Of a stretch of DNA of 52,983 nt, positions 23,775-35,856 are shown one piece after another (within the stretch, counting starts at the first letter, position 1; each line of letters opens with the position of its first letter). Source of the stretch: Octopus bimaculoides (taxonomy: Eukaryota); NCBI RefSeq assembly GCF_001194135.2, contig NC_068987.1, positions 86,236,705-86,289,687 on the forward strand, given 5' to 3'. The translations under genes and the position numbers were made by a program. Under the pieces are notes generated by a model. It had not been told where the DNA came from, ran no database searches, and saw only the letters and a list, made by a program, of their open reading frames with translations.

Positions 23775-23990
23775 ATTCCTTTACTTGTTCCGGTCATTAA
23801 ACTGCGGCCATGCTAGGGCAACACTTTGCGGAATTTTAGTCGAACGGTTCAAACCCAGTACTTTTTTAAAGCCCGGTACTTATTCAATGGGATCACTTTT
23901 GCTGAACCACAAAGTTACAGGGACATAAAATCAACAATTGAGTTTGTCAAGCAGTGGTAGGAAAGAAAAACGGACACAAAGACTCATACT
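23775..23990 (-). mobile_element. SINE family B 3' half
   Basis: TTTACTTGTT...ACTGCGGCCATGCT...TTTAGTCGAAC...GTACTTATTC...TTTTGCTGAACC. Confidence 0.8.
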
Positions 23991-24136
23991 AACATACACG
24001 CGCATATGCATACACACACTCACACACCCTTATATATATTCAGACCCCACTTCTTTAATTTCTCTATCGATGATCTCCTTCAGTTTCAACAGGCGTCTCC
24101 TGTTTGTTTAGGTTAGCCCTCTCATTCATATATCCT

Positions 24137-24356
24137 TACAAGAAAAAATCCGGGCTAGTCAAGTCTGGGAAACGTGAAGGCCAGTTGACATTACCGTAGC
24201 GGGAGATTGATTTCTCTCCAAAGCCCTGCCATAGGAAATACATTGTTTCTCTTGCGGTGTGAGTAGTTGCCCCTATCTTACTGGAACCATGTGTGAAGTC
24301 TACCTTGAATGGCCTTCACTGTTTCCCAGACTTGACAAGCCGGGTTTTTTCATGTA
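24137..24356. mobile_element. Putative MITE (about 47-bp imperfect TIRs, TA flanks)
   Basis: Arms 24137-24183 and 24310-24356 include a perfect 16-bp pair GTCAAGTCTGGGAAAC/GTTTCCCAGACTTGAC. The interior is non-coding. Confidence 0.55.
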
Positions 24357-24469
24357 GGCATACGACCCTCCGCAAAATCCCAAATTTTATTTATCTATAT
24401 ATATGTGTGTATGCGTATATGTATGTATGTATATATATATGTATATATCTATCTGTATATGTATATATG

Positions 24470-24502
<33 letters not shown>

Positions 24503-25625
24503 ATAAATGTGTGTGTGTGTGTGGATGTGTGTGTATGGTTCGCAAGCAAGCGTCTTACCACACACCCCCATCAGCTCCTTTATTTCTTTTATTAGTATCT
24601 ACCATTGATTTGCAACCATCGTGAGAAGATACAAACAGATTTTTTCATTGTACTTTGTCATAGGACTCAATGTAACGAACGACTATATTTTACGTTCTCA
24701 TACAGAGATGCGCATCTTGCCGCATCGCTTGTTAAACAGTTATTCAAAATTAAAAACATACACGAAGGTACACTGCCATACACATCTTATAATGGCAAAT
24801 TGTCAACTGGATCGAAAACCTCGAACAACAAACGATGTTTGTTACACCAACGTGGCTTCGTCTATTACCTATCGAACACTCAGAATTGTTGTGTTGTGTA
24901 ATGGTTGAACAACTAGATACCGCTCCTCGTAGCCGATTGACGATATAGAGATGAAACAACTTATTGTTCCTTTCCAGTATCCGTTCAGATGTTTTTTGTG
25001 TTTCTTTTGGACTATTTTAAAGCAAAATATCCACAAATGTTTGACTAAAAGATACCTTTAAATGAAAACAAAAAGTAGAAAATAACAGCGAATCGAATGG
25101 AATGACACAACATGTGGCACGTCTAATATATTTCAACTCATCTATACAAACATAAATACATAGATAAATACAAGTAGGCAGATAGATAGATAGATAGATA
25201 GATATATTTTAAATACTATTCTGCCATTATGCATGTGACTTTGAAATCCTATAAAAGAATTTTATCGTATGTCGCTGCAAAGCTCTGGCGGTGAACATGT
25301 CAGAAGTGTAATGCATTTACCTTGTTAATCATGTTTTATTTTTGTTTGTTATTTTTTTCTTTTGCAGAAAAGATGTCGTCGATTTCTTTATTTGCATTTT
25401 TCTTCAGGGTAGTATTAAAGGAAGTATTACCATTTTAGAAAGTTACTAAACTTTTTCAACCTTAATGTGTGTGTGGCTATAGCCTAAGTGTAAAACCATA
25501 ACGAAATTTCTCAGGTGATTAAGGAAAATGGAAGGAATAAAGAAGAGAAAAAGAATTTCAAAGAGTGAATATAGATTGAGATATAAATAGTTAGGTTCTT
25601 ATCTTAGTAGAATTAAAGAAAAATA

Positions 25626-25626
25626 A

Positions 25627-25674
<48 letters not shown>

Positions 25675-25742
25675 ATGTATAGCTAAATCGGGAGAGAGAC
25701 GGAGAAACATTGATAGATAGATAGATAGATAGATAGATAGAC

Positions 25743-25797
<55 letters not shown>
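25626..25797. repeat. Two (GATA)n arrays
   Basis: Direct reading; about 40-bp spacer between the arrays. Confidence 0.95.
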
Positions 25798-26102
25798 CAT
25801 ATAGAGGGCTTGGAAGTGAGTTTGATAAAGAGGTACGTAATTTGACAGGTATTCTTTTCCAGTAGCTTTTAAAGAATCGAAATGACAAGTTTTTTTATCG
25901 TAAATGGGGTTTTCTATATATTGCTTGTTCAGTAAGTTATGAAATATTGTAAAATAAAATAAATGCAGTTTAATATAGAATCAAATGCTGTCACATTTTG
26001 AAAGCGTTACATTAGATTTAAAATATATAAAATTCTTTTTTCGGCTTACACGGAAAATTTATGTATCTATGTATATATATATATATAGATATAGATATAT
26101 AC

Positions 26103-26170
<68 letters not shown>

Positions 26171-26401
26171 GTATGTGTGTCTGTGTGTGCATACACAGAT
26201 GTATATATATTTTATATATACGAGTGTCTGTGTTTGTGTGTGTGTGTGTGTGTGTGTTTCTGTTCCCTTCAATTTTTAATTATTTGAAAATTTTCCATTA
26301 GGAAGGTGCTGATTTCTGACAACGATACAAAGCTCTTTCTCTGAAATGTAGGTAACAGAAAAGAAGTTCACATTTCATAAAAGTCTTGCAGAATATTACT
26401 G

Positions 26402-26824
26402 CAGTGAGCTGGCAGATATGTTAGCATCCTGGGCGAAATGCTTCGCGGCATTTCGTCTGACTTTACTTCCTCGGTTCAAATTCCGCCGAGGTCGACTTTG
26501 CCCTTCATCTTTTCGGGGTCGATAAATTGAGTACCAGTTACGCACTGGGGTCGATGTAATCGACTTAATTCCTTTGTCTGTCCTTGCTGTCCCCTCTATG
26601 TTTAGACCCTTGTGGGCAATAAAGAAATAAGAAACGTTTGCATGACGGGCGAAATGCTTAGCAGTATATCGTCTGTCTTGACTTTCTGAGTTCAAATTCC
26701 ACCGAGGTCGACTTTGCCTTTTATCATTTCGGCGTCGAAAATTAAGTAACAGATGTGTACTGGGGTCGATCTAATCGACTGACACCCTCTCCCGAACTTT
26801 CGGGCCTTGTGTCGAGAGGAGAAA
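26402..26824 (+). mobile_element. SINE family C tandem dimer or nested pair
   Basis: Two consecutive C units with different tails, enclosed by a perfect 12-bp direct repeat AGAATATTACTG (26390-26401 and 26825-26836). Confidence 0.9.
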
Positions 26825-26945
26825 AGAATATTACTGTTGTGTATATAGATTCTGAGCTTTTCAGCTGATTGATTTCCTTTACAATAGTGAGGAAAAAGCC
26901 TTGATAAGTGCGAGATTAACACCGGATCACATACATTTAGATATG

Positions 26946-26983
<38 letters not shown>

Positions 26984-27221
26984 CATGTTCCTGTGTGCAT
27001 GCATATATATGTATATATATATATATGCGCACACAGGCACATACAAACATATATATATATATATNNNNNNNNNNNNNNNNNNNNNNNNNNNNNNNNNNNN
27101 NNNNNNNNNNNNNNNNNNNNNNNNNNNNNNNNNNNNNNNNNNNNNNNNNNNNNNNNNNNNNNNNNNNNNNNNNNNNNNNNNNNNNNNNNNNNNNNNNNNN
27201 NNNNNNNNNNNNNNNNNNNNN

Positions 27222-28300
27222 CAAGTGTCGGTTGAACATTTCATAGGCTGAAGAAGCGTTCGTTTGTTGCTCAAAAAAGTCAGCAACAGCAGATGTGACG
27301 TCATTATAACCCCGACACAAGTTTGCAGTCAAATTGTTTTCATGTTTGGGGAAAAGACAATAGTCAGATAGGTCCAAATCAGGAGAATAGTGAGGGTGAT
27401 CAACCGTTTCACATCTACACTCACACATAACACCCAGTGAAAGAAAACATGTCTATGTTGGAAATTGTCTTCATGAAACTTAAAACCTTTTGTCGGTTTT
27501 TCTGGGTGTTTGCTCTAGATAGTCTTTCGTAACTACCTCAACAATTCACATAGTAATCCTCTTCAATGTCAGTGTGTCCCTTTTAAAGATAGTTAATAAA
27601 TATAATCCTTTTTGCATCGCAAAAGCAGAGGCCATCACCTTCCTGTAGATGAAACTAATTTGCCCTCTTTGAAGGGGGCTGGGGAGGTGTTTCCACAATA
27701 TGGATTGTTTCTGTGACTCAAACGGATGAACCCAACGCATCATCTTGAGTTAGGAAACGCTGAAGGAAACCAACTGGATCTACTTCACACAATGTCAGAA
27801 TTTTCCCGTGATGTGGCCATCCTGGTTTGCTTTTCATCACAAGACCTGTCGGACGATGCGGTACTCACTGAGCACAAACCTTCGTCATGCCATGTTCATT
27901 GTGTACAATATACTTAACTCTCGCACGGTATATGATAGGAGCATCGGCTACTTGATTTATAGTTAATCGCCTGGCGTCTGTCATCATGTGGTGAACACAG
28001 TGAATGTTTTCTTCGATGGTGGGAGTTGCGGGATGTTCGGACCTTGGGCTATCTTCAAAATTCTCTCTTTCCCTCCTAAATTCAGCTGTCCTCTTTTGAA
28101 CTGTTGATAAACCAGGAGCGTCAACCTCCAATGTAGCAACCACGTCAACATGATTGTTGCTTTTTTACACTTACTTGATAAGACACTTTTCTTGCAATTA
28201 CTTGATAACACCTTGATACCAATTTTTTTCCCCATTTTCAAGAGAAGATACTACCACTAACTGCTGTAGTCTTTTTGACAGTCATATTTTAGTTTACCTG
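27222..28300 (-). pseudogene. Mariner transposase pseudogene, Himar1/irritans-like, nearly full length
   Basis: MVATL..DAP.LSTVQK..AEFRR, KV.A.*VP, TQD..WVH, GKVMAS.F.DAKGI..IDYL, HEDN and HPHYSPDL..SDY.LF, with many stops and frameshifts. The 3' end runs into a gap and the TIRs are not resolved. Confidence 0.9.
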
Positions 28301-30754
28301 GAAAGAAAACGAGGCAATTATCGATTGGAAAAATTGAAAATAACACATATAGGATTTCACATCTCTACAACTCTACAATCACTTCGTATTCAACCTGTCA
28401 ACTTTTCTGGCGAGCCTTAGCAACTTATTGCCTTCATCATAACCCACTTTAGTAGTTAATGTACATACATATATATATATATATATACATACTTTACACA
28501 CATATACATATGTATGTATATTTGAATTTACATATGTTTGTACACGTATACATATATATACATAAATACTTACGTTAAGAGCTTGCCGGTGATACTTTAT
28601 CACATTATCTAATGGAACCGATATATTCAATGCTGAATAAAAACCTACATAGTTGTATTGTATGCTTTCTTATACTTAAACTTTGCTTTCTTTATTCCAC
28701 ATCATACGCTGGACTTATCGACTTATAACTTTCTATTGCTGGAACTCTAAAACAGAGTAGAATAAGTCCCTAGTGAAAAAACTGAAACAATATAGTACAA
28801 CTAAACTTCTGACAATGTAGCCTTGGCGCTGAAAAATATTTCCCATTTTAAAGTCAATAACGGACATCGATGCTTTGTTGGATGAAGTGCAAGCTTTTAG
28901 ATCTACTAAGAACATAACTCCATTATTGAAGTTGTGCTTAAGAAACTTGTCATTCCGAATTTAGAATAAAATAGCGAATCAGAGTAAAGCAGTGTGAATC
29001 TACAGCGGCCACAACAGTAATGCATTCAAAGAGATATTTTCGTGTCAACAAGTATGGTTTCCGTATTGAGTGAAGCAGTTTTGCCTTTACGACGATTTTC
29101 GAAGTAGTAATAGTGGACGGAAGACCAAAAGAAATGAATAAGAGAAAGGGAATTTGATTTCGCTATTGTTTCGCTATCTTTGTCAATGCTGCATTTCTGA
29201 CATCTCATTCTCTTTGTCATTCTCATACATTCTTGTTCTCTCCCTCTCTCTTTTATGTTTTTTCCCTTATATATATATAGGGAGAATTCACAAAAAAAAA
29301 GACGAAGACAGGTGGTGTAGAAAACAAACAGATGTATAATTTTAACGCTTGGGAATTGAAAAAGTCTTTAACATTTTGAGCTACACTCTTCCACACACAG
29401 GAACACAGAAAGAGACAAAGACAGAAAGTAAAGAATGTGTAGTGGCTAGCGATCTATCATGGCGAATGCCGGACAGAGGGGTCATATATACATACTTATA
29501 TATATATANNNNNNNNNNNNNNNNNNNNNNNNNNNNNNNNNNNNNNNNNNNNNNNNNNNNNNNNNNNNNNNNNNNNNNNNNNNNNNNNNNNNNNNNNNNN
29601 NNNNNNNNNNNNNNNNNNNNNNNNNNNNNNNNNNNNNNNNNNNNNNNNNNNNNNNNNNNNNNNNNNNNNNNNNNNNNNNNNNNNNNNNNNNNNNNNNNNN
29701 NNNNNNNNNNNNNNNNNNNNNNNNNNNNNNNNNNNNNNNNNNNNNNNNNNNNNNNNNNNNNATATATGAAAATATATGACGCGATTATAAAATACAAGTA
29801 TTTGGGAGACCATTCTCGAAACGAGAAACAATATATGTGCTCTCTTTAGTGCAAGGATTTCACATGTAAAAATAGTTTCGATGGTTAGTTCAAACCGTAA
29901 TGAACGAGATGAAGTGTTTTACAGTAATGTGAAGCAACATTCTGAGTCTGTTTATTCGTGCTACAAAAATGTGAAACATAAGTTTGAGTATGTTTATTTA
30001 AGAGAAATAACGAATTGGTGCTCACGCGTACACAAAATTTATAAATTTATCTCATTTACTGGATAATACAGTTCTATACATACATCTATACACACGTACA
30101 AAATGAAAAATTACACACACTATTATAAGTGTGTATGACATAACTATGCATTCGTACAGGAGATATATTTCATAGGAATATTATGATGAAGAACAGACAT
30201 TACATATGTTTATTCATAAAATATTGTAGATTATTTTATACAGTCATTTAAACAATATACGCTGTAAAATTGCTCTACGTCAAAGTATGCCACAGTTTTC
30301 AGAATTCTAAATATATAGTTTACCAACAATGTTCATGTAGCGTTTCGAATTACAGAAAACTGAAATAAAGATTTGTGAAAGACAGTGTTCGCAAACTTAA
30401 ATGCAATTTTTAATGTAGCAAATTTTGATAGTCTAGGTATCACAATTTTCCAACAGTAAAAATGGGTAAAGAAACTTATTTCAGTATTTTTATGCAATTA
30501 AATTATGGTATTAATTAGTTTAGCAACTCTATGGCACTTAGGCATATGCAATACTTTCTCTTCATTTGATTATACAATTTTTACTGCACACATTTGGTTA
30601 TTTTACAAAAGATTGCTTGAAAAACCAAAATACGAAATATTTGTTCTAAAATTTCCATGACCGAAAGATAACACAACTAGTACAAGCACTTGAATACATA
30701 GTTTTACATGCTCGAACGAACACTGAATAGTAACTTCCTTTTCACCTACAGAAT

Positions 30755-30938
30755 GAACAATGGAATCATTACATCAATTTTTAAATGCAGTGCTATCTTC
30801 AGCTGCATAAAATAAATATATGGAATTTCAAGAGGTAGGATAAACTAATATAATTTTTTTTAAATACTTTAACAGAATATTTTTTTGTGTAGCTGATATA
30901 GCACTGCATTTAAAACTGACGAGTTGATTGCATTGTTC
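30755..30938. repeat. Imperfect inverted repeat (hairpin)
   Basis: Perfect 18-bp pair TTTTAAATGCAGTGCTAT (from 30779) and ATAGCACTGCATTTAAAA (to 30915), extended imperfectly on both sides. Confidence 0.8.
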
Positions 30939-31078
30939 TATTAAATGGAGCCACTTGAAACAGTCGTACTGCATTATTACTTAATATCCCGTTGCTTATT
31001 ATGATTTTATTCACCTTACTTCGAGTTGTGCAGATAATACTGGACTGACTTGGTGCTTCAACTGAATCTTAATTATAA

Positions 31079-31079
<1 letters not shown>

Positions 31080-31133
<54 letters not shown>

Positions 31134-31277
31134 CCGTCTACTGAATCTACTCACAAGGCTTTGGTCGGCCCGAGGCTATAATAGCAGACACTTATCTAAG
31201 GTGCCATGAAGTGAGACTAAACCCGGAACTATGTGGTTGGGAAGCAAGCCTCTTACCACACAACCACTCCTACGCCT
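31080..31277 (-). mobile_element. SINE family B head plus adjacent (TG)n
   Basis: CTCACAAGGCTTTGGTCGGCCCGAGGCTATA...CCCGGAACTATGTGGTTGGGAAGCAAG..CTTACCACAC.ACCACTCCTACGCC. Confidence 0.85.
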
Positions 31278-31735
31278 ATATATGTATCTGTGTATCTGCC
31301 TGTGTGTGTGCGTAAATGCGTGTGTATTTGTTTAGAGGGTGTAATTGCATGCATATATATACATATACACGTATAGTGATAGATATAAATACGTGCACAC
31401 ACACGCAGATACACACTTCGCATACACGATAATTTATATACGTGATATTTTGCGGCTATATATAATAAAAAAGCGTATAGAATCCTAGCCTCTCCGTGTC
31501 AAGAGCCAAATATTGTCGTGGAAAATCATGCAAGGAAATGGGTTCTTAAAAGCATAACGATCGTGTTAGTCGCGTGACTTGCAATCATTAACGTTGATAT
31601 TAACGTAGACTGTGTTAGATTTTGGCGTATAAGTAATATTCTTTTTTTAAAAATGATGGCACAAAGGCAGCATGATAGTGCGAATGATAGAGTTCACTCA
31701 GTTACATGACTGTACATAATTGGTAATTATTTTAT

Positions 31736-31838
31736 GATCCGGGAACATTAAAAGGCAAAGTCCACCTCGACGGAATTTCAGCTCAGAACGTAAGGCCTTT
31801 TCCCCAGTGTACCAACGACTCTGCCACTTCGTGGCTTT
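31736..31838 (-). mobile_element. SINE family C fragment
   Basis: AAAGGCAAAGTCCACCTCGACGGAATTT.AGCTCAGAACGTA...CTCTGCCA. Confidence 0.7.
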
Positions 31839-32599
31839 AGGTGTAGAAGTAATCCATTTATAAAATGAATATGTGGCTTAATATGTAATGTCTTGTGAGT
31901 AATTAAGAGATTTTTTTGCATCTTTCCACTGTTGCTATGAATCCATGTCAAAACGGAAGTCAAATCAACTAAAGTTAGGGAGCTCATTACCTAGGGTAAC
32001 TCCGTATACTTGAGTATTTATATTTCTGTTGATAAACACATAATATTTTTGAGTAAGTGTAAACTGTGGAGTTGAGATAAAAACATTTCTACTATTGCAA
32101 TAGAGAGACAGAGAGAGAGAAAGAAAGATAGAGAGAAAAGGAGAGAAAGAGAGGGAAGATGCAGAACGATGTGGGTGATGTTACCAAGTAATATTTTTCG
32201 ATACAATTTATCATTTTTTTCCGGGCGTAGATGATTGGAATAAATTAAATATTTTGGGGAATTTCACATAGTACGAGAGTGGTTATTAAAGATAATTTCC
32301 TTCACAGCGATGCTGTAAATACGAATGGAAATTTTCATAACTAGATTATCCAAGAAATTTCTGAAGCGATTTAATTTTATATTTATGTTACATAAAGTTT
32401 TATTTGGTTCCTTACAAATGTAAAAAGAATCCATAATTATCTTCTAAAGTAAGATCTAGAAAAATCCGAACATTCCTGTACGTTTCAGTTTAATATATAG
32501 GCATGAGTAAAAATAGGTACCCGATTGCTTAACGTTAGTAAAATGTTCTCTTAATGTCCTTGTTTCTTATTTTAAACCTAGGCAATAGTTAAATCGACA

Positions 32600-33050
32600 A
32601 AGGTGTCAGCGGAGCATACCTACTTCATTAGAAGCCATTTTTTTCTGGGGTCTTTGACGAATTCTTGAACCACAAGCATTTTACATTTTTTCAGTAGTAA
32701 CACTGAACGATCGAACACTCTTCCGTGCATTGCTGAAATTTATCACATATTCTCTAAACGGTTAATTTTGATGGAGATATTCTTTGAAATTCTCCAGTCA
32801 ATCTCGTCTAATCATGTCTGTGTTCTCTGATTTCCAGTACTGCTTGGTGATCGACCACTTTTGTTCATCGATGATAACATTTCCTTCTATATAATAAATA
32901 TCTGAAATTAGGAATGATTACTTTCCTATAGACGAAATTAGTTAAAAGGAACATCGACTCATAGAATTCTTATCCTAAAAAAGAAATGCAGAAATAAAAG
33001 GAACATTCCACTCATATTAAGCAACTGCATCCCTACCCAGTCGACCCCTG
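32600..33050 (-). mobile_element. Tc1/mariner-superfamily 5' fragment with DUF4817-like HTH N-terminus
   Basis: The minus strand starts TA|CAGGGG at 33050. Peptides EQKWSITKQYWKSENTDMIRR and SPSKLTV*RICDKFQ resemble DUF4817-type transposase N-termini; recognised by eye and decayed. Confidence 0.5.
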
Positions 33051-33061
33051 TATATAATTAT

Positions 33062-33340
33062 ATACGACGTTTCTACTGAGAGTTATCCAAAAGTGGCATT
33101 GGAATTTTTCGTTAAGTGACATATATTGTTGAAATTGCACATGATGGTAGATTGACTATACCTCATCACAAAGAAGTTATTCAGGTGAGACTTCATCCCT
33201 ATTCATGCATTTTCGGTATAGATGAAACCATGTCCCGATGGTGTTCTAACATATAAACATTTCTTCACTTTCACTTTCACCTCATCCTTGTCATCAAATC
33301 ATATTCTCCGTAACATCTTCATTTGACCGCATTCATGTCG
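33062..33340 (-). mobile_element. Highly decayed mariner 3' fragment
   Basis: MKMLR..*FDDKDEVK resembles the mariner C-terminus. A TIR-like end TACGACG lies at 33062. Confidence 0.4.
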
Positions 33341-34547
33341 TACCATGGATAGAGAACACAAAACGACTCAATTCGGTTATTAACAGTTTTGTTGCTAAAG
33401 ATACGGCGGTGCAAGGATTGCTAGTGTGAGTGTGCATGTTTTAACTCCTCTAAATGACTCTGCATATTTTTGAGAATTTCAATGTGCCACTCCATGTTTA
33501 GATTACAACCATGTCCTAGGAAAATGAAGAAGAATGACATTTTTGTCGCCTCTAAAAATCAGTGACCATGACCTTCTGTGAGTGTCGTTGGCTGTTAAAC
33601 ATATTAGAACTTAGAGAAGAAGTATGACTCACCTCCAAGGAAATAGTTTCCTTCCAAGTTTATACATTTACGAGATATGAAATATCAAACGCTTCCAATA
33701 TTACCGCCATTATCACCTTCAGATCGTGCATGAATTACCAAGGCATTCATTTGATACACAGATTCTGATACACAAATTGTTCCACCATCTCCTATCATAT
33801 ATTGTGATTGCATTCCGGTTGTGAAGTAAACTCATCGATTATGACTCATCTGTCCGGACGAATAAAATTACTAACTCATTGGTGATTTATTTCAGTGGTC
33901 GCAGGTGACGGACTTTTATTGTGCAGTTTGTATTTATTGCGTGTTTCCTCTTCCTTGGAATTCTTCATTCTTTTGTGCACATTGTTCATGAATTTTATGA
34001 ATAATGTCATCTCTGTATAGGATATGTAACCGTCTGTCGATATCAAACAGCCTGCATCTCTCATTCTTTAAAAGTCAATGACGGTGTGTGAATGTTTTTA
34101 GAACTCATTATTCCTTTCCAGAGGAGAAGAACCGGAATATTCATGAGACAGCAACCTTTACTCCAAACATTTACTCAATTTCAATGAAATCTGTCAGTGC
34201 TTAATTTCAGTACACACGAAACTATGCGTATATGTTTGCATTAACATGTCTGTTCGATTCACAAATTAATGCAAATAAAGAAAGCTAGCTCACCAGATCA
34301 CCAAAACCTTATGGTGACTTCTACTGTCCAACTTTAAATATACACAAAAGGATCACTATTTATATATATGCCGTACGGAAGAACGCAAGTGGTCAGAATT
34401 ACGTTGATTTGGTCAGTAACAGATAAACATCAGAATAAAGATATAACCATGGCTCTACTATTGTAGGAAAAAATGTTTCTCACTTAAGAATATCGTTGTA
34501 TCAATTAATATAAGATGCTGCTTAGATACTAAGGAATTCATCATCTG

Positions 34548-34725
34548 CATGATAACCGGTGTCGGTGTGTTTGCGTCCCCGTAACTTAGTAGTTTGTCCA
34601 AAGCAACTTATAGCATAAGTACAAGGCTTAAATAAGATCTTGATTGGATTCCTTCGACTAAATATTCAAGGTAGTGCCCCAGCATGACTGCAGTCTACTG
34701 ACTGAAAGAAGCAACAGATAAAGAT
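34548..34725 (+). mobile_element. SINE family B 3' half
   Basis: GGTGTGTTTGCGTCCCCGTAACTTAG...TTCGACTAAA...GTGCCCCAGCATGACTGCAGTC. Confidence 0.8.
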
Positions 34726-34844
34726 ATATGTATATATATGTATGTATATATATATATATATATATATATGCATACACACACCACACATAGATAAATATAT
34801 ACATACATAAATACGGACGTAGATGATATATGTCTGTGCGCGCA

Positions 34845-34879
<35 letters not shown>

Positions 34880-35140
34880 ATGCGTCTACATAAATTACGC
34901 CAGAATTGATTATTAATTTAAATATATTCAATTTAACTGTATCTTAAACAGAAAATACTCTCAGAATTGTATTTCTACTTAGAAATCCATTCTTTAATAT
35001 TCAATAAGCTATTGAATAATACAGTTCTAGGAGATGCAGCTTTTCCTCCTTGACATTGGAAGTATCTTTTATTGAGAATTGGGAGTCGTCTTATTGGTTA
35101 TATGTGAAGCACTTAAGAATATGAATATTTTACGACAACT

Positions 35141-35313
35141 GAGGCGGCGAAGTGGCAGTAAAATTATTAAAGTCATTTCGTTTTTCTTTACATTCTGCGT
35201 TGACATTCCGCCGACGTCCTTTAAACGGGGTAGCGCTTGAGCACTGGGATCGATGTAATCGACTAAACAACACCCCCAAACTTACTGACATTGTGCCAAA
35301 ACTTGAAGGCAAC
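35141..35313 (+). mobile_element. SINE family C, internally deleted
   Basis: GAGGCGGCGA head, ATTCCGCCGA and GATCGATGTAATCGACT. Perfect 14-bp TSD ATTTTACGACAACT (35127-35140 and 35314-35327). Confidence 0.85.
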
Positions 35314-35580
35314 ATTTTACGACAACTTAGGTTTCAAACGTGTATACAAATAATAAATCTAACCGAACTTTTCATGAATTTAATAGTGATCGTAAAACAT
35401 ATGGGCATTTTATGGAAATCGGGGATACACAATAGGAGGTAGTTTATCGTATATTCCAAAATATCAGTAAGAGGCTGGAACGAAATTATCTGCAACTAAG
35501 AAATGCATACTCTGGTATTGAAAACTACTGACAACTCCATTGGTAAAAAAAAAGAACACCTAAGAAATCGTTAAGGATCA

Positions 35581-35622
<42 letters not shown>

Positions 35623-35623
<1 letters not shown>

Positions 35624-35845
35624 ACTTTTTTATTCTTTTACTTGTTTCATTCATATGACGGCGGCCATGCAGGAGCATCATCTTTAGTCGAACGAATAGA
35701 CCCCTAGACCCCAGGAATTATAATCTGTAAGCCTAGTACTTATTCTATCGGTCTCTTAAGCTGAACCGCTATGTTATGGGGACATACATACAACACACCA
35801 ACATTAGTTGTAAACCGATGGTGGACGACAAGCACAGACACTCTA
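35623..35845 (-). mobile_element. SINE family B 3' half
   Basis: CTTTTACTTGTTTCA...GCGGCCATGC...TTTAGTCGAAC...GCCTAGTACTTATTCTATCGGTCTC...GCTGAACCGCTA. Confidence 0.85.
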
Positions 35846-35856
35846 ACATAAATATA

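Noticed and set aside
24706-24767. DAHLAASLVKQLFK resembles a RhoGAP helix motif
   Set aside because: It lacks the following ELPEPL-like residues, the donor is weak, and there are no companion exons.
25368-25408. Very strong plus-strand acceptor (poly-T TTTGCAG) followed by ATG TCG TCG
   Set aside because: Only a weak donor (GTAGTA) follows and there is no recognisable peptide. It cannot be linked to other exons.
28700-28910. Faint mariner-like residues (PHHTLDLS, WMKC) on the plus strand
   Set aside because: The similarity is at chance level by eye.
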